Positions 24,952 to 34,617 of a DNA stretch of 44,732 nt are shown in pieces. The number at the start of each line of letters is the position of its first letter. The first letter of the stretch is position 1. This DNA comes from Candidatus Woesearchaeota archaeon. Lineage in GTDB: Archaea > Nanobdellota > Nanobdellia > CAZCWL01. The DNA lies in assembly GCA_964502435.1 (NCBI GenBank), contig CAZCWL010000001.1:1-44732 (forward strand). Reading direction: 5' to 3'. The notes below the pieces were generated by a model. That model was not told where the DNA came from. It saw nothing but the letters and a program-made list of their open reading frames with translations, and did no database searches. The translations under genes were made by a program, and so were the position numbers.

Positions 24952-25986
24952 ATGCAATGGATTAAAGACAGTAAAAAAATCTGTTTAGTATTTCATATAG
25001 ACGCTGACGGGATATGTTCTGCTTATATAATAGCAAAGGTTATTGAGAGGATAAAAGGAGAGCTCCCTTGTCTGTATGCATTATCTTCCACGTACGTGAA
25101 CAAAAATCTGAGAGCAAAGTTGAAAGATTATGACCTTGTCATATTCACAGACCTTGCTGTTGATTCTCACCCAGAGGCGATAAGAGAAATAGCAGAGACA
25201 AGCAAAGTCATAATATTTGACCACCATGAGCTAACACACAACCTAAACGGACCAAACGTAAAACACATCTCAACAAAGATGGAAACAAAGAGGTACTATC
25301 CGTGCTCCTACCAGGTGTATAACTACTTTAATAAAGAGATGGATCTAAGTGACATGGACTGGATAGCAGCTGTTGGGTTGATAGGGGACGTAGGAGCAAA
25401 GTTGTACAAGAACTTTGTGGAATCCACGTTGAAGAAATATGGCATGAAAAAATGTAAGGATCCAAATTACTTTGACACAGAACTTGGAGAGATGGCAATA
25501 ATCATAGGGGCAGCGAGAGTTTACAACAAGACAAAAGGAGCCCTAAAAGCTCTTAAAATTCTCCTAGAATGTGAATCTCCGAAGGAATTCTGGGAGAAAA
25601 CAGAATTACTACAAAAGTGGAGAAACAAAATCCAACCTTACTTAGACAAAAATATTAAGGAATTTGAGAAAGAAGCAGAAAAATGCAAAGACGTACTAAT
25701 TAAGAGAATAAAAGACCCAAAATACAACATAGGGAGCCCGTTATCAAGCATACTAAGTGAAAGGTATCCTAATAAGACAATAATCCTTGTAGTAGACAAG
25801 GGAAACATTGCCAAAGTCCATGCTAGGAGCAAAGTGAGAAATTTAGTAGAACTATTATCAAAGGCTACAAGTGGATTAAAGAACGTTTCCTGTGGTGGGC
25901 ACAAACAAGCAGCAGGTGCTAGCATAGAACCATCAGACGTAACAAAGTTCATAAGAAACCTGAAGAAAGAATTAGGGTGTAAGTAA
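24952..25986 (+). CDS. DHH/DHHA1-family phosphoesterase (RecJ/NrnA-like)
   Basis: Motifs HIDADGICSAY, FTDLAVD, IFDHHE and DHHA1 GGHKQAAGA. An alternative GTG start at 24943 overlaps the upstream stop. Confidence 0.8.
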   Translation: MQWIKDSKKICLVFHIDADGICSAYIIAKVIERIKGELPCLYALSSTYVNKNLRAKLKDYDLVIFTDLAVDSHPEAIREIAETSKVIIFDHHELTHNLNGPNVKHISTKMETKRYYPCSYQVYNYFNKEMDLSDMDWIAAVGLIGDVGAKLYKNFVESTLKKYGMKKCKDPNYFDTELGEMAIIIGAARVYNKTKGALKALKILLECESPKEFWEKTELLQKWRNKIQPYLDKNIKEFEKEAEKCKDVLIKRIKDPKYNIGSPLSSILSERYPNKTIILVVDKGNIAKVHARSKVRNLVELLSKATSGLKNVSCGGHKQAAGASIEPSDVTKFIRNLKKELGCK

Positions 25987-27211
25987 GAACCATAGCAACA
26001 CTAACAATGAGCATAGATACAAACACAAACCTCACAAGACGCTTGTCATTGGACCATTTAGACCAAAACGTCTTTGTTAAGGCGGACATAACCTCTGCAA
26101 CAAGGATAATCGAAGACGCAGTTAAAGGGGTTACAGCACCTTCCTTTGCCATTATTGCGGACGAAACTATAACTGCTGAAGAAGAGTAGATGCTGACAAT
26201 AGCAGCTATTGGTAGCAATGAGATATCACCAAAGTGTTGTTTAACAATAGCACTAACAAACAGGAGCGCTGTCATAATCAGCGCAAACTTCAGTGCAGGT
26301 AGTATAGCAAAAGGTGAGTCAAGCTTGATGTCAACACTCGTCTTTCCTTTGTCATATCTACAAAGTGCAATGAACAAAGCAGTGGCCATACCAACCAACT
26401 GGAACGGTACAACATACTTCAGTGTATTGTAAGATCCCACTAAAAATATTATGATGGGGTCAGCAAAGACAGTACCAACAAGGCTCATGAGTATGCCAGA
26501 TTCTACATACTTCCTGAGTCTCTTTGTTGACATACTTGCAAGTGAAAATGTAGTTGCAGCACTGTTTATTAGTCCTCCTAAAAATCCAGTTAGCAAGATA
26601 CCAACCTGTTTAAGTACTTTTAACATTATATAAGACAAGAAAGATATGCCAGAAACAGCAACAACTATATACCAAAAGGAGTAAGGATTAAAAACCCCCC
26701 AAGGATCTATCGTCCTGTTAGGTAATAAAGGAAGTATGACGACAGCAATTATAGCAAATTTTATAGCAGACATAATCTCCTCACGCTTTAGATGGAACAC
26801 AAATCTATCAACATTCCTCTTAACAAAAAGTAAAAAAGCTGTTATAACAGAAAGAGATAAAGCATAGACATAGTTATTAAGTCCTACAAGCATACCAGAT
26901 ACAAAAACAATCAACATAGCTATTGACGTCGTTGCACCTGTCCTCCTATGCACCATAGCATTAGCAAAGTAAACAGTTGTTACAAAAACAAAAGATAAGA
27001 TAAATCCCAGAGACAAAATAGTAGTGTCCTCAACAAGGACATACGTGTAAGCCAAGAGATAGCCTAAAATGGAAAATAGTATCGCAGTTCTGGCACCAAA
27101 TATTGGGCCATACTTATATTTACTTCTTATGTACCTACGCCAGTACTCTCTTTCCAAACCTACAAGAGCTCCCACAGCTATCGCAAGCACTAAACCAAAA
27201 ATAAAGTCCAT
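25949..27211 (-). CDS. MgtC/SapB-family plus DUF4010-like polytopic membrane protein
   Basis: MDFIFGLVLAIAVGALVGLEREYW is the MgtC N-terminal signature, followed by about 10 further TM segments. It overlaps the convergent DHH gene by 38 nt. Confidence 0.65.
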   Translation of the reverse strand: MDFIFGLVLAIAVGALVGLEREYWRRYIRSKYKYGPIFGARTAILFSILGYLLAYTYVLVEDTTILSLGFILSFVFVTTVYFANAMVHRRTGATTSIAMLIVFVSGMLVGLNNYVYALSLSVITAFLLFVKRNVDRFVFHLKREEIMSAIKFAIIAVVILPLLPNRTIDPWGVFNPYSFWYIVVAVSGISFLSYIMLKVLKQVGILLTGFLGGLINSAATTFSLASMSTKRLRKYVESGILMSLVGTVFADPIIIFLVGSYNTLKYVVPFQLVGMATALFIALCRYDKGKTSVDIKLDSPFAILPALKFALIMTALLFVSAIVKQHFGDISLLPIAAIVSIYSSSAVIVSSAIMAKEGAVTPLTASSIILVAEVMSALTKTFWSKWSNDKRLVRFVFVSMLIVSVAMVLTYTLILSSGFL

Positions 27212-27283
27212 AACAATATTAAACGTTGTGTTTTTATTACACTTACGGTAAAACATATAAGTCAAAGATTGATAAGTTTAGGC

Positions 27284-27514
27284 ATGTACAATTTAGAGAT
27301 AGAGAGAGTAAATAGGAAAATAAAAGAGATGGGTGCAAAAAAGGTACTAATCCAACTACCAGAAGGGCTAAAGCCAGTAGCTAACAAAATCGCTGACAGA
27401 TTAAATGCGATAGTTTACATTTGGGCTGGATCCTGCTTTGGAGCATGTGACATACCAAACGTAGACGTTGATCTTATTGTGCAATGGGGGCATTCAGAGT
27501 GGTTGCTGGAATAG
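27284..27514 (+). pseudogene. dph2: Truncated N-terminal remnant of diphthamide synthase subunit Dph2 (about 76 of about 330 codons)
   Basis: MYNLEIERVNRKIKEMGAKKVLIQLPEGLKPVANKIADRL...GSCFGACDIP...DLIVQWGHS aligns with the first ~80 aa of archaeal Dph2 (..GAKRVLIQSPEGL..YGACD..LIHLGHS..). It then stops, and rnhB begins inside it. Confidence 0.65.
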
Positions 27515-28110
27515 ATGAAGCAGGGAGAGGATCAGTATTAGGGTCAATGTACATAGGATATGTAGAGATAGACAGGCAGTCAAAATTAAAAAATATTGGA
27601 GTAAAAGACTCAAAGCTCCTGTCACCAAAAAGAAGAGAAAAAATAGCCAAACAGATAAAAAAGATAGCAAAATGGGACGTAATAAAAGTAACACCAAAGG
27701 AGATAGATCTAAGACAGGCAGTGAAACAATCACTAACATCACTAGAAGGCATAAAGATGGCTAAGTTAATAAACAAACACAGACCATCAAAAGTCATTAT
27801 AGACTGCCCTTCATCAAATCCAATAACATTTAAGCAATTTATAAAAACTTATCTCCAGTACAATCCAAAATTAGTCATAGAGCACAAAGCAGACTATAAG
27901 TACCCTGTAGTATCAGCAGCTAGTATAATAGCAAAGGTTGAAAGGGATAAAGAAATTAGATCAATATCAAAGCAGATAAAAATAGACCTAGGATCCGGAT
28001 ATCCATCAGATGAGAGAGCAGTTAAGGCTATCAGAAAACTAATGGCCAGTGGAGATGAGAAGTATATTCGAAGAACGTGGTATACTTACAAAAAAGAGGT
28101 GGAAAAATGA
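27484..28110 (+). CDS. rnhB: Ribonuclease HII
   Basis: VAGIDEAGRGSVLGSM active-site motif and AASIIAKVERD. The start is either the ATG at 27484 or the GTG at 27499 (which gives the canonical M-V-A-G-I-D-E-A-G-R-G). Both lie inside the dph2 remnant. Confidence 0.88.
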   Translation: MGAFRVVAGIDEAGRGSVLGSMYIGYVEIDRQSKLKNIGVKDSKLLSPKRREKIAKQIKKIAKWDVIKVTPKEIDLRQAVKQSLTSLEGIKMAKLINKHRPSKVIIDCPSSNPITFKQFIKTYLQYNPKLVIEHKADYKYPVVSAASIIAKVERDKEIRSISKQIKIDLGSGYPSDERAVKAIRKLMASGDEKYIRRTWYTYKKEVEK

Positions 28111-29276
28111 AGTTTGCCCATCTGGCAGATACACATTTAGGTAAAAGAAGTTTAAAACTAGCTGAGAGAGAAAAGGACTTCGAATCAGCATTTAAACAAG
28201 CAATAGACATAATAATAAAAGAAAATGTAGACTTTGTAGTTCATTCAGGAGATCTGTTTGACACCGGAAAACCAGATGTAAACTCGATGATATTCTGTGC
28301 TAAACAACTCTACAGATTAAAGGATAAGGGCATACCTGTGTACATAATACCAGGATCTCATGACCAGGGATATGGAGAAACGAAAAGCATACTATCTCTT
28401 TTTGAAGAGGCAGGCTTACTCATAAACGTAGGTGACAAGAGATACATAAAAGACAATAAGCTCTATGGAGAAATGTACAAAGATGTGTTCATATGCGGGA
28501 TTGGTGGTTGGAAGTCAAGGATATCTGAACTGTACAAGAGTATAGAACCGGTTATACCAAAAGAAGCAAAATACAAGATATTCATGCTTCACCAGACAGT
28601 TAGTGCAGTATCAAACATCTTCGCTGACATCGATACAGAGTTATTACCAAAAGGTTTTGACTACTATGCAGCAGGACACTGGCATGGAAGGGAGATTATG
28701 AAATACCATGGTAAGCCACTAATATACCCTGGTTCACTAGAAAACTGTGATGCAACAGAAATGGAAAGGAATGAGAAAAAAGGAATATTCATAGTAGAGA
28801 ATAATACTCCTCGATTTGTGCAAATAAAGAGCAGAAAAGTGGTTGTTAAGAAATTTGAATTCGATGATGGATCACCAGAAAGTATAACACAGAAGTGTAT
28901 AGATTTCATTTCTAGTAAAGTTGATGAAAAACCAATCTTAATATTGAGATTAACAGGATCTATTAACGGAAAACGTAGTGAGATAGATAAGGCTTTGATA
29001 AACAAGACAGCTATAGAGAATGGTTATCTCTACGCAAATGTTATGTTATCAGGTTTAAGAGAACCAGAAGAAGAAAAAATAAGCATAGAGAGTGAAAACG
29101 TAGACCAAATAGAAAAGGAATATCTAAAATCCAAGGGATACACTGACAAGCAGATAGACCTAGCAAAGAAGCTAATGTCTGTTTTAGGACAAGAGCTAAC
29201 TCCTTCAGAGATTGAAAGATTGTCACTAAAAATGTACAAGATGATTGAAAATGAGATTGAGAAGGATAAGACTTGA
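28107..29276 (+). CDS. mre11: Mre11 DNA double-strand-break repair nuclease
   Basis: Phosphoesterase motifs HLADTHLG, HSGDLFD, GSHD, MLHQ and GHWH. The ATG at 28107 overlaps the rnhB stop (ATGA). Confidence 0.88.
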   Translation: MKFAHLADTHLGKRSLKLAEREKDFESAFKQAIDIIIKENVDFVVHSGDLFDTGKPDVNSMIFCAKQLYRLKDKGIPVYIIPGSHDQGYGETKSILSLFEEAGLLINVGDKRYIKDNKLYGEMYKDVFICGIGGWKSRISELYKSIEPVIPKEAKYKIFMLHQTVSAVSNIFADIDTELLPKGFDYYAAGHWHGREIMKYHGKPLIYPGSLENCDATEMERNEKKGIFIVENNTPRFVQIKSRKVVVKKFEFDDGSPESITQKCIDFISSKVDEKPILILRLTGSINGKRSEIDKALINKTAIENGYLYANVMLSGLREPEEEKISIESENVDQIEKEYLKSKGYTDKQIDLAKKLMSVLGQELTPSEIERLSLKMYKMIENEIEKDKT

Positions 29277-31230
29277 AAACATAAGATCACACGTAAGAAC
29301 AGAGATAAACTTAGAGACAGGAATAACAGTTCTAACAGGGAGAACAGGGAGTGGAAAATCTTCAATACTTATGGCGTTAGAATATGCTCTATTTGGAAGT
29401 CAAGGCGTTAACAACTCAATGATATTAAGAAGGGGCGCACAGAAGGGTAGAGTAGAAGTAGAGTTTGAAGAGCAAGGTCATGTTTACACCATATCAAGAG
29501 GGTTAAAGAGAATTAAAGACGGGGTAAGAACAGATCCAAATGCTATATCTGTAAAAAAGGACAATGTTGAGCAGAACATAATGGGTAGAGACTCAGATCT
29601 CACAGAGTACGTACTAAATACGCTGAACTATCCAAGAGACAGTAAAGCAGTGAAATTGTTTGAAGTTACATCTTATTCCAAGCAGGATGAGTTACGAGCT
29701 ATAATACAGATGACGCCACAGGCAAGACAGGACTACATAGACGGGATACTCCAACTGTCACGGTATCAAAACACATGGAAGAATATGAAAGGGATTATAG
29801 ACAGAATGAAAGGAGTATTAGAGTCCGCAAAAGAGGCAGTAGAGGATATGAATAGAGCAAGAGAGGAAGCGATAGAGAAGCAAAAATCACTCTCTGAAAA
29901 GGAGAGCAAACTAAAACAGTCCAAGGAAAAGTTGTCTAAACTCAGAAATCAGCTTAACAACGTAAAGAAAGAGAAGCTGTCAAAGGAGAAAGAGCTAAGT
30001 GCTGTTGAGAAAAAGTACAGAGAAAGCATATCAACAAAATCTTCCATTGAGCAGGTAAAAAAAGAGATAGAATCACTGAAGTCATCAATAGAAGAAGAAA
30101 AGAAGGAGTTAGAATCAAAGAAAAAAATGTATGACTCAATAGAAGCAAAGGATGTAGAATCCACACAAAAAGAGTTAGGGGAAATAGATGGTCTCATCAC
30201 AAGCCTAAAGACAAAAGTAAAAAACCTACAAAAAGAGTTAGAGGATATACTATCACTAAAAGTTGGAGTATGTCCAAAGTGCAAGCAAAAGATAACAAAA
30301 GACCATCTAAAGACATTAGAAACAGCATACAAAGAGGACATAAGCAAAGTAGAAAATGAACTTAAGAAAATGGAAGATAAAAAGAGCGAAAAAGAAAAAG
30401 AACTAAAAGCAGCAAAGGACAAGTATGAGATAGGCAAGCATATAACACTGCTTGAACATAGCATAAAAGAAAAGTCGAAGCAGGTAAAAAACAAGGAAAA
30501 ACTTCTAGCTGGATTAAAATCAAAAGTTGCCCCTCATGTTGAAGAGCAGTACATAAAACTAAAGAGAGAACTAGACGAAATAAACAGCAGACTAGTTCGT
30601 GTCTCGTCTGAGAACTCATCGTTAGAGAAAGAGGTTATGATGTTGGAGAAAGATATAGAGGAGACAAAAAGAGACATAGAATCAGTAATGAATAGAATCA
30701 AAGACCTAGAGAAAAGAAATGAGAGAATAAAAAGGACAGAAGAGATGATGACATTATTAGTTAGAATGAGGGAGGACATAAGGAACATAAGAAATGTTGT
30801 AAGAAAGAGATTCATAGACGCGTTTAGAGTAGAGTTTGAGAAACAATTCGAGGCGATAAGACCAGAGGAGGAGTATGTGGTTGATATATCAAATGATTAT
30901 GAACCTGTAGCGTACGCTAATAATGTGTCCACGCCTATAAACCACTTAAGCGGGGGAGAAAAAACATCAGTAGCGCTGGCTTACAGGTTAGCATTAGCAA
31001 AGATAGCAGCACAGATAGCAAGTGTAACCCCATCTGAAATTCTTATACTAGATGAACCAACAGTAGGATTAGACAAAGAGGATATAAAAGTGCTGCCATC
31101 AGTACTACGCAACATAAAGACAATACCACAAGTTATAGTTGTAACACATGAAGATGTGTTAAAAGAAGCAGCTGACGTAAGGTATGTTATAACAAAAAAA
31201 GGAGGAGTGTCCTCTGTTAACCTTGAATGA
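29251..31230 (+). CDS. rad50: Rad50 ATPase (short coiled-coil version, about 659 aa)
   Basis: Walker A GRTGSGKSS, zinc hook CPKC mid-protein, signature LSGGE, Walker B LILDEPT and VVTH. The ATG at 29251 (M-R-L-R-R-I-R-L-E-N-I-R-S-H) overlaps the mre11 3' end by 26 nt. Confidence 0.88.
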   Translation: MRLRRIRLENIRSHVRTEINLETGITVLTGRTGSGKSSILMALEYALFGSQGVNNSMILRRGAQKGRVEVEFEEQGHVYTISRGLKRIKDGVRTDPNAISVKKDNVEQNIMGRDSDLTEYVLNTLNYPRDSKAVKLFEVTSYSKQDELRAIIQMTPQARQDYIDGILQLSRYQNTWKNMKGIIDRMKGVLESAKEAVEDMNRAREEAIEKQKSLSEKESKLKQSKEKLSKLRNQLNNVKKEKLSKEKELSAVEKKYRESISTKSSIEQVKKEIESLKSSIEEEKKELESKKKMYDSIEAKDVESTQKELGEIDGLITSLKTKVKNLQKELEDILSLKVGVCPKCKQKITKDHLKTLETAYKEDISKVENELKKMEDKKSEKEKELKAAKDKYEIGKHITLLEHSIKEKSKQVKNKEKLLAGLKSKVAPHVEEQYIKLKRELDEINSRLVRVSSENSSLEKEVMMLEKDIEETKRDIESVMNRIKDLEKRNERIKRTEEMMTLLVRMREDIRNIRNVVRKRFIDAFRVEFEKQFEAIRPEEEYVVDISNDYEPVAYANNVSTPINHLSGGEKTSVALAYRLALAKIAAQIASVTPSEILILDEPTVGLDKEDIKVLPSVLRNIKTIPQVIVVTHEDVLKEAADVRYVITKKGGVSSVNLE

Positions 31231-32455
31231 TACCCGGATACCACCAAACCCATGAATAATTAGGATAGTACTGCTGTATGTAACTGAGGACGTACGGCTC
31301 AGGTTCCTTACATTTATCTGACAAATACATCTTGTATCCAGGGCCATCACAACCAACCATCAAGACGTTATATCCTTTCTCAAGATAGGAACCAACTTGT
31401 GAGCAATCCGCAGGAGCTGCTGGGATTCCCTCGTTGTCTATCCATACCCAAACATTTGAAGCAACCATACAATCATCAACTCTATCAAGCGAACGTTTAA
31501 AAGTAGCGTGTTCATTTAATGACAAAGCAACGTATGGTAACAAAGCCAACGAACCAAACACGTAAAGCACTAGAGCGGCCTTTCTCAACTTTGCCATTGG
31601 TATCCTACGCTCAATAAACTGAGCAGAAATAACAGATATTGGTATAATCAATGGGAACATATAACGAGCAGCTTTTATTGGTGTGGTAATATAGATATAA
31701 AGAGGTATAAGTATGAAAACCAACCAAAGTTTCCAGTTCTCTGGAACCTTTAGGTCAGCAAATAGCGAGGCAATGAGTATGGAGAAGTAAAGTATAATAT
31801 GAACAAGGTTAACAGGCTGTACAATACTCTGCCTGTCTTGGACCCCAATAACGTAAAGATCACGCATACTGTAAAAAGGATCAGAGGTCTTAATATAATT
31901 ATAAGCTATCCAAGGGGAGATAGTGACAGCAAAGATAATTACACCAAGGATAATTTTGCGAAGGTCTATTTTACCAAGTAAAAGAAAAAGTGGAGCATAA
32001 AGCAACATGTTATACCTTGCAAGAACAGATAAAGCGAAGAAAAATCCAAAGTGTGGCTTTGGATAAAAGTAGAGTGCAAGCAATAAAAGTGACAAGGATA
32101 ATACCTCAGTACCATTGTGAAGACCATAGAGTACAAAAGCAGGCGAAAGTAGAACCAGATAAATAAAACTACTTTTAGCATACTTACTGAGGAACAATCT
32201 GACAGCTGAAACAAAAAGTATAAGAGATAATGCGACAAAGATCGGAACAGCCAGACTACCAAAAATAGAGAGTACAAAGAACATGAATGGAGCAAGTGGC
32301 GCCCTAGTCCACTCAAAGTACACACTTTTACCAGCCCACCAAAACCCATTCATCTTGTACACTGCAAGATCCCAAGAAGGAATAGCAATATTTCTTACCA
32401 AGATAAATATTAACATCGCTATAATGAGGTCATATTTTTTCAACACGTTTACCAC
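31217..32455 (-). CDS. Polytopic membrane protein, putative GT-C-fold (PMT/ArnT-like) glycosyltransferase
   Basis: About 11 TM segments followed by a Cys-containing soluble C-terminal domain. The assignment rests on architecture only. Confidence 0.35.
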   Translation of the reverse strand: MVNVLKKYDLIIAMLIFILVRNIAIPSWDLAVYKMNGFWWAGKSVYFEWTRAPLAPFMFFVLSIFGSLAVPIFVALSLILFVSAVRLFLSKYAKSSFIYLVLLSPAFVLYGLHNGTEVLSLSLLLLALYFYPKPHFGFFFALSVLARYNMLLYAPLFLLLGKIDLRKIILGVIIFAVTISPWIAYNYIKTSDPFYSMRDLYVIGVQDRQSIVQPVNLVHIILYFSILIASLFADLKVPENWKLWLVFILIPLYIYITTPIKAARYMFPLIIPISVISAQFIERRIPMAKLRKAALVLYVFGSLALLPYVALSLNEHATFKRSLDRVDDCMVASNVWVWIDNEGIPAAPADCSQVGSYLEKGYNVLMVGCDGPGYKMYLSDKCKEPEPYVLSYIQQYYPNYSWVWWYPGIIQG

Positions 32456-32930
32456 GCTCTGAAGGTACTATCTTAATCTTGCCAGAGAAACTTGGCATAG
32501 GTAATAAGGAACGAAGCAAAACAGCCAGTGCAGCAACCTCTGAGTGAGGTTGATTACCTATAGCAACATTATAATCGGTAAGATCATAAACTTCCGCAGG
32601 AACTTTCTCAGACCCAATAATTACGAGTAGATTGCCTTTAAGCTTCGGCAGAAGCTTTTCGTATGGAATACCATACATTGTTAAGTGAACAATCTTAAAA
32701 CCCTTTGCTTTGTACTCCTTTATAACAGATTTCCAGGACTTCCTGTATTCTATATCAAACGGTCCGCCCCACTGGTCAACAACATTCTTTAATGATGAGA
32801 TAACATTCTCATCTTTTTCCCCAGAGAGGATAATCTTATCTGCGCCAAAAGCCCTAGCTACTAGCCCACAGTGTGTAGTTATCCTTTTGTCCCTCTTTAA
32901 CCTGTGTCCTAATCTCAACACAACAATCAT
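32430..32930 (-). CDS. tRNA (cytidine56-2'-O)-methyltransferase aTrm56 (SPOUT)
   Basis: [31 protein letters not shown] and [20 protein letters not shown] are near-identical to characterised archaeal aTrm56. Confidence 0.9.
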   Translation of the reverse strand: MIVVLRLGHRLKRDKRITTHCGLVARAFGADKIILSGEKDENVISSLKNVVDQWGGPFDIEYRKSWKSVIKEYKAKGFKIVHLTMYGIPYEKLLPKLKGNLLVIIGSEKVPAEVYDLTDYNVAIGNQPHSEVAALAVLLRSLLPMPSFSGKIKIVPSERGKRVEKI

Positions 32931-32949
32931 AAATTATTTTACAACAAGT

Positions 32950-33954
32950 ATGTATAAAAAGGTTATGTACTTTCCAAGAACATTGAACACAGGAGGAATC
33001 ATAAAAAGCAGGCCAGAAGACTTTATAGTAGAAGAGATAACTGAGAAGGTTTATCCAGTGAAGTATACATTGACTCAAAGAATATGGGATTCCTTACCTA
33101 AAATTAAAAAGAAATATCTACATTTCACAATGGTGAAAAGAAACTATGACACGTACAGAGCGATTAGAAGAATAGCAAAGGCGCTACATGTCTCAAGGAA
33201 AAGGTTCAGTTATGCGGGAAACAAAGACAAGCTTGCTGTAACATCTCAAAGAGTAAGTTTATACAATGGAGAGATTAAACAGTTAAAAAGACTAAGGCTA
33301 AAAGATATAATTCTAAAAGAATTTCAGTACAAAGATAGACCCCTGCATATAGGAGAACTAAATGGAAATAGGTTCACAATCGTTGTTAGAAACGCAAAGA
33401 GGATCGACATAGACGATATAAGATCTCTAAGGGTGCCAAATTACTTTGGAGAACAGAGATTCGGACAAAATGCAAGGATAGGGGAACTAATAATCAAAAA
33501 AAAGTACAAGGAAGCCTTCCAAGTCCTAACAAATAAGAAGATAAACAAGAACATGACCGTTGAAAGCACAGTAATAAATGAAGTAAAGAGAGGAAAAACG
33601 TACAAAGAAGCCCTTATGAAAACAGAGATGTGGAGGATGTTTATACACGCGTATCAATCGTACATATTCAACAGAACGCTAGAAAGACTAATACAAATGG
33701 ACTATGTCCCAGAGAAGATACCTCTAGTAGGGAAAAACACAAAATTAGAGGGGATAGTAGGAGAAGTGATAAAAAATACAATGAAGGATATAAAACCAAC
33801 AGACATACCTGAGAAAGGCAGTTTAAGAGAAACATGGATGAACATAAAATGGATAAGTATAAGGTACAAAGGGGAAGACCTTCACTTGAAATTTGAACTG
33901 AAAAAGGGACAATATGCAACAGTATTACTCAGTGCTATTACAGGTAATCTTTGA
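32950..33954 (+). CDS. truD: tRNA pseudouridine synthase D (TruD/Pus7 family)
   Basis: RPEDFIVEEI N-terminal motif and catalytic YAGNKDKLAVTSQ. The tracked start at 32710 is antisense to aTrm56 and is rejected. Confidence 0.85.
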   Translation: MYKKVMYFPRTLNTGGIIKSRPEDFIVEEITEKVYPVKYTLTQRIWDSLPKIKKKYLHFTMVKRNYDTYRAIRRIAKALHVSRKRFSYAGNKDKLAVTSQRVSLYNGEIKQLKRLRLKDIILKEFQYKDRPLHIGELNGNRFTIVVRNAKRIDIDDIRSLRVPNYFGEQRFGQNARIGELIIKKKYKEAFQVLTNKKINKNMTVESTVINEVKRGKTYKEALMKTEMWRMFIHAYQSYIFNRTLERLIQMDYVPEKIPLVGKNTKLEGIVGEVIKNTMKDIKPTDIPEKGSLRETWMNIKWISIRYKGEDLHLKFELKKGQYATVLLSAITGNL

Positions 33955-34617
33955 GCAGATATAATCTATAAGAACAGACTCGTTTACCAACCCTTTCTTA
34001 ACAGTAGATCCATCGATTATAACCGCTGGTACATCAGATATGTTGTACGCTAGAGTTATTGTCTTTATAAGCACAAGGTCCTCATTGACATCTACTGCTG
34101 AGACATAAAAGTTTTCCTTACCTACTTTGGACTGAACATGAGACAGGATATATCCTTGAGTTGTACAGTCATCACATTTGTCTTTTGTAGTATAAAAGAA
34201 TAAAGCAGTGGTTGTATTAGGATTACAACTAGACCTCAATTGCTCAGAAAGAAGCCAATACTTCAGTCTTGTAGAGATAAACCTCGTCTTTAACATGCGA
34301 TACATCTCACTGTTAACGTTTAGGTCTCTTTCCATCTTCACTATGCTTGGTTGTAAACGTTCAAGAGATTTGTCCACGTCCTGCAGCTTAATAGCAAGAT
34401 ACTTACACGTTAAATCTTTGTTTGAGTAAGGAAGATACATAGCAGACTCTAAATCTTCAAACTGAGACTGGATATAGTACAATGTCTTCTCAGCATCAGC
34501 TATGTACGACCTCTGTAAAGATGATCCTATTAACACGCCTACAAGGAACATAAAAACAGCTAATATAAAAGACATTATAGCTACTTTCAATACACGTCTG
34601 TCTTCTCGGTTAGCCAT
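33925..34617 (-). CDS. Membrane-anchored thioredoxin-fold-like protein (CxxC), hypothetical
   Basis: N-terminal TM MSFILAVFMFLVGVLIG, FFYTTKDKCDDCTTQG (C-D-D-C) and DVPAVIIDG (cis-Pro-like loop). The fold assignment is tentative. Confidence 0.4.
   Translation of the reverse strand: MANREDRRVLKVAIMSFILAVFMFLVGVLIGSSLQRSYIADAEKTLYYIQSQFEDLESAMYLPYSNKDLTCKYLAIKLQDVDKSLERLQPSIVKMERDLNVNSEMYRMLKTRFISTRLKYWLLSEQLRSSCNPNTTTALFFYTTKDKCDDCTTQGYILSHVQSKVGKENFYVSAVDVNEDLVLIKTITLAYNISDVPAVIIDGSTVKKGLVNESVLIDYICSKITCNSTE

Noticed and set aside
32710-32949. N-terminal 80-codon extension of the TruD ORF.
   Set aside because: It is antisense to the well-supported aTrm56 gene. The TruD homology (RPEDFIVEE) begins just after the ATG at 32950.
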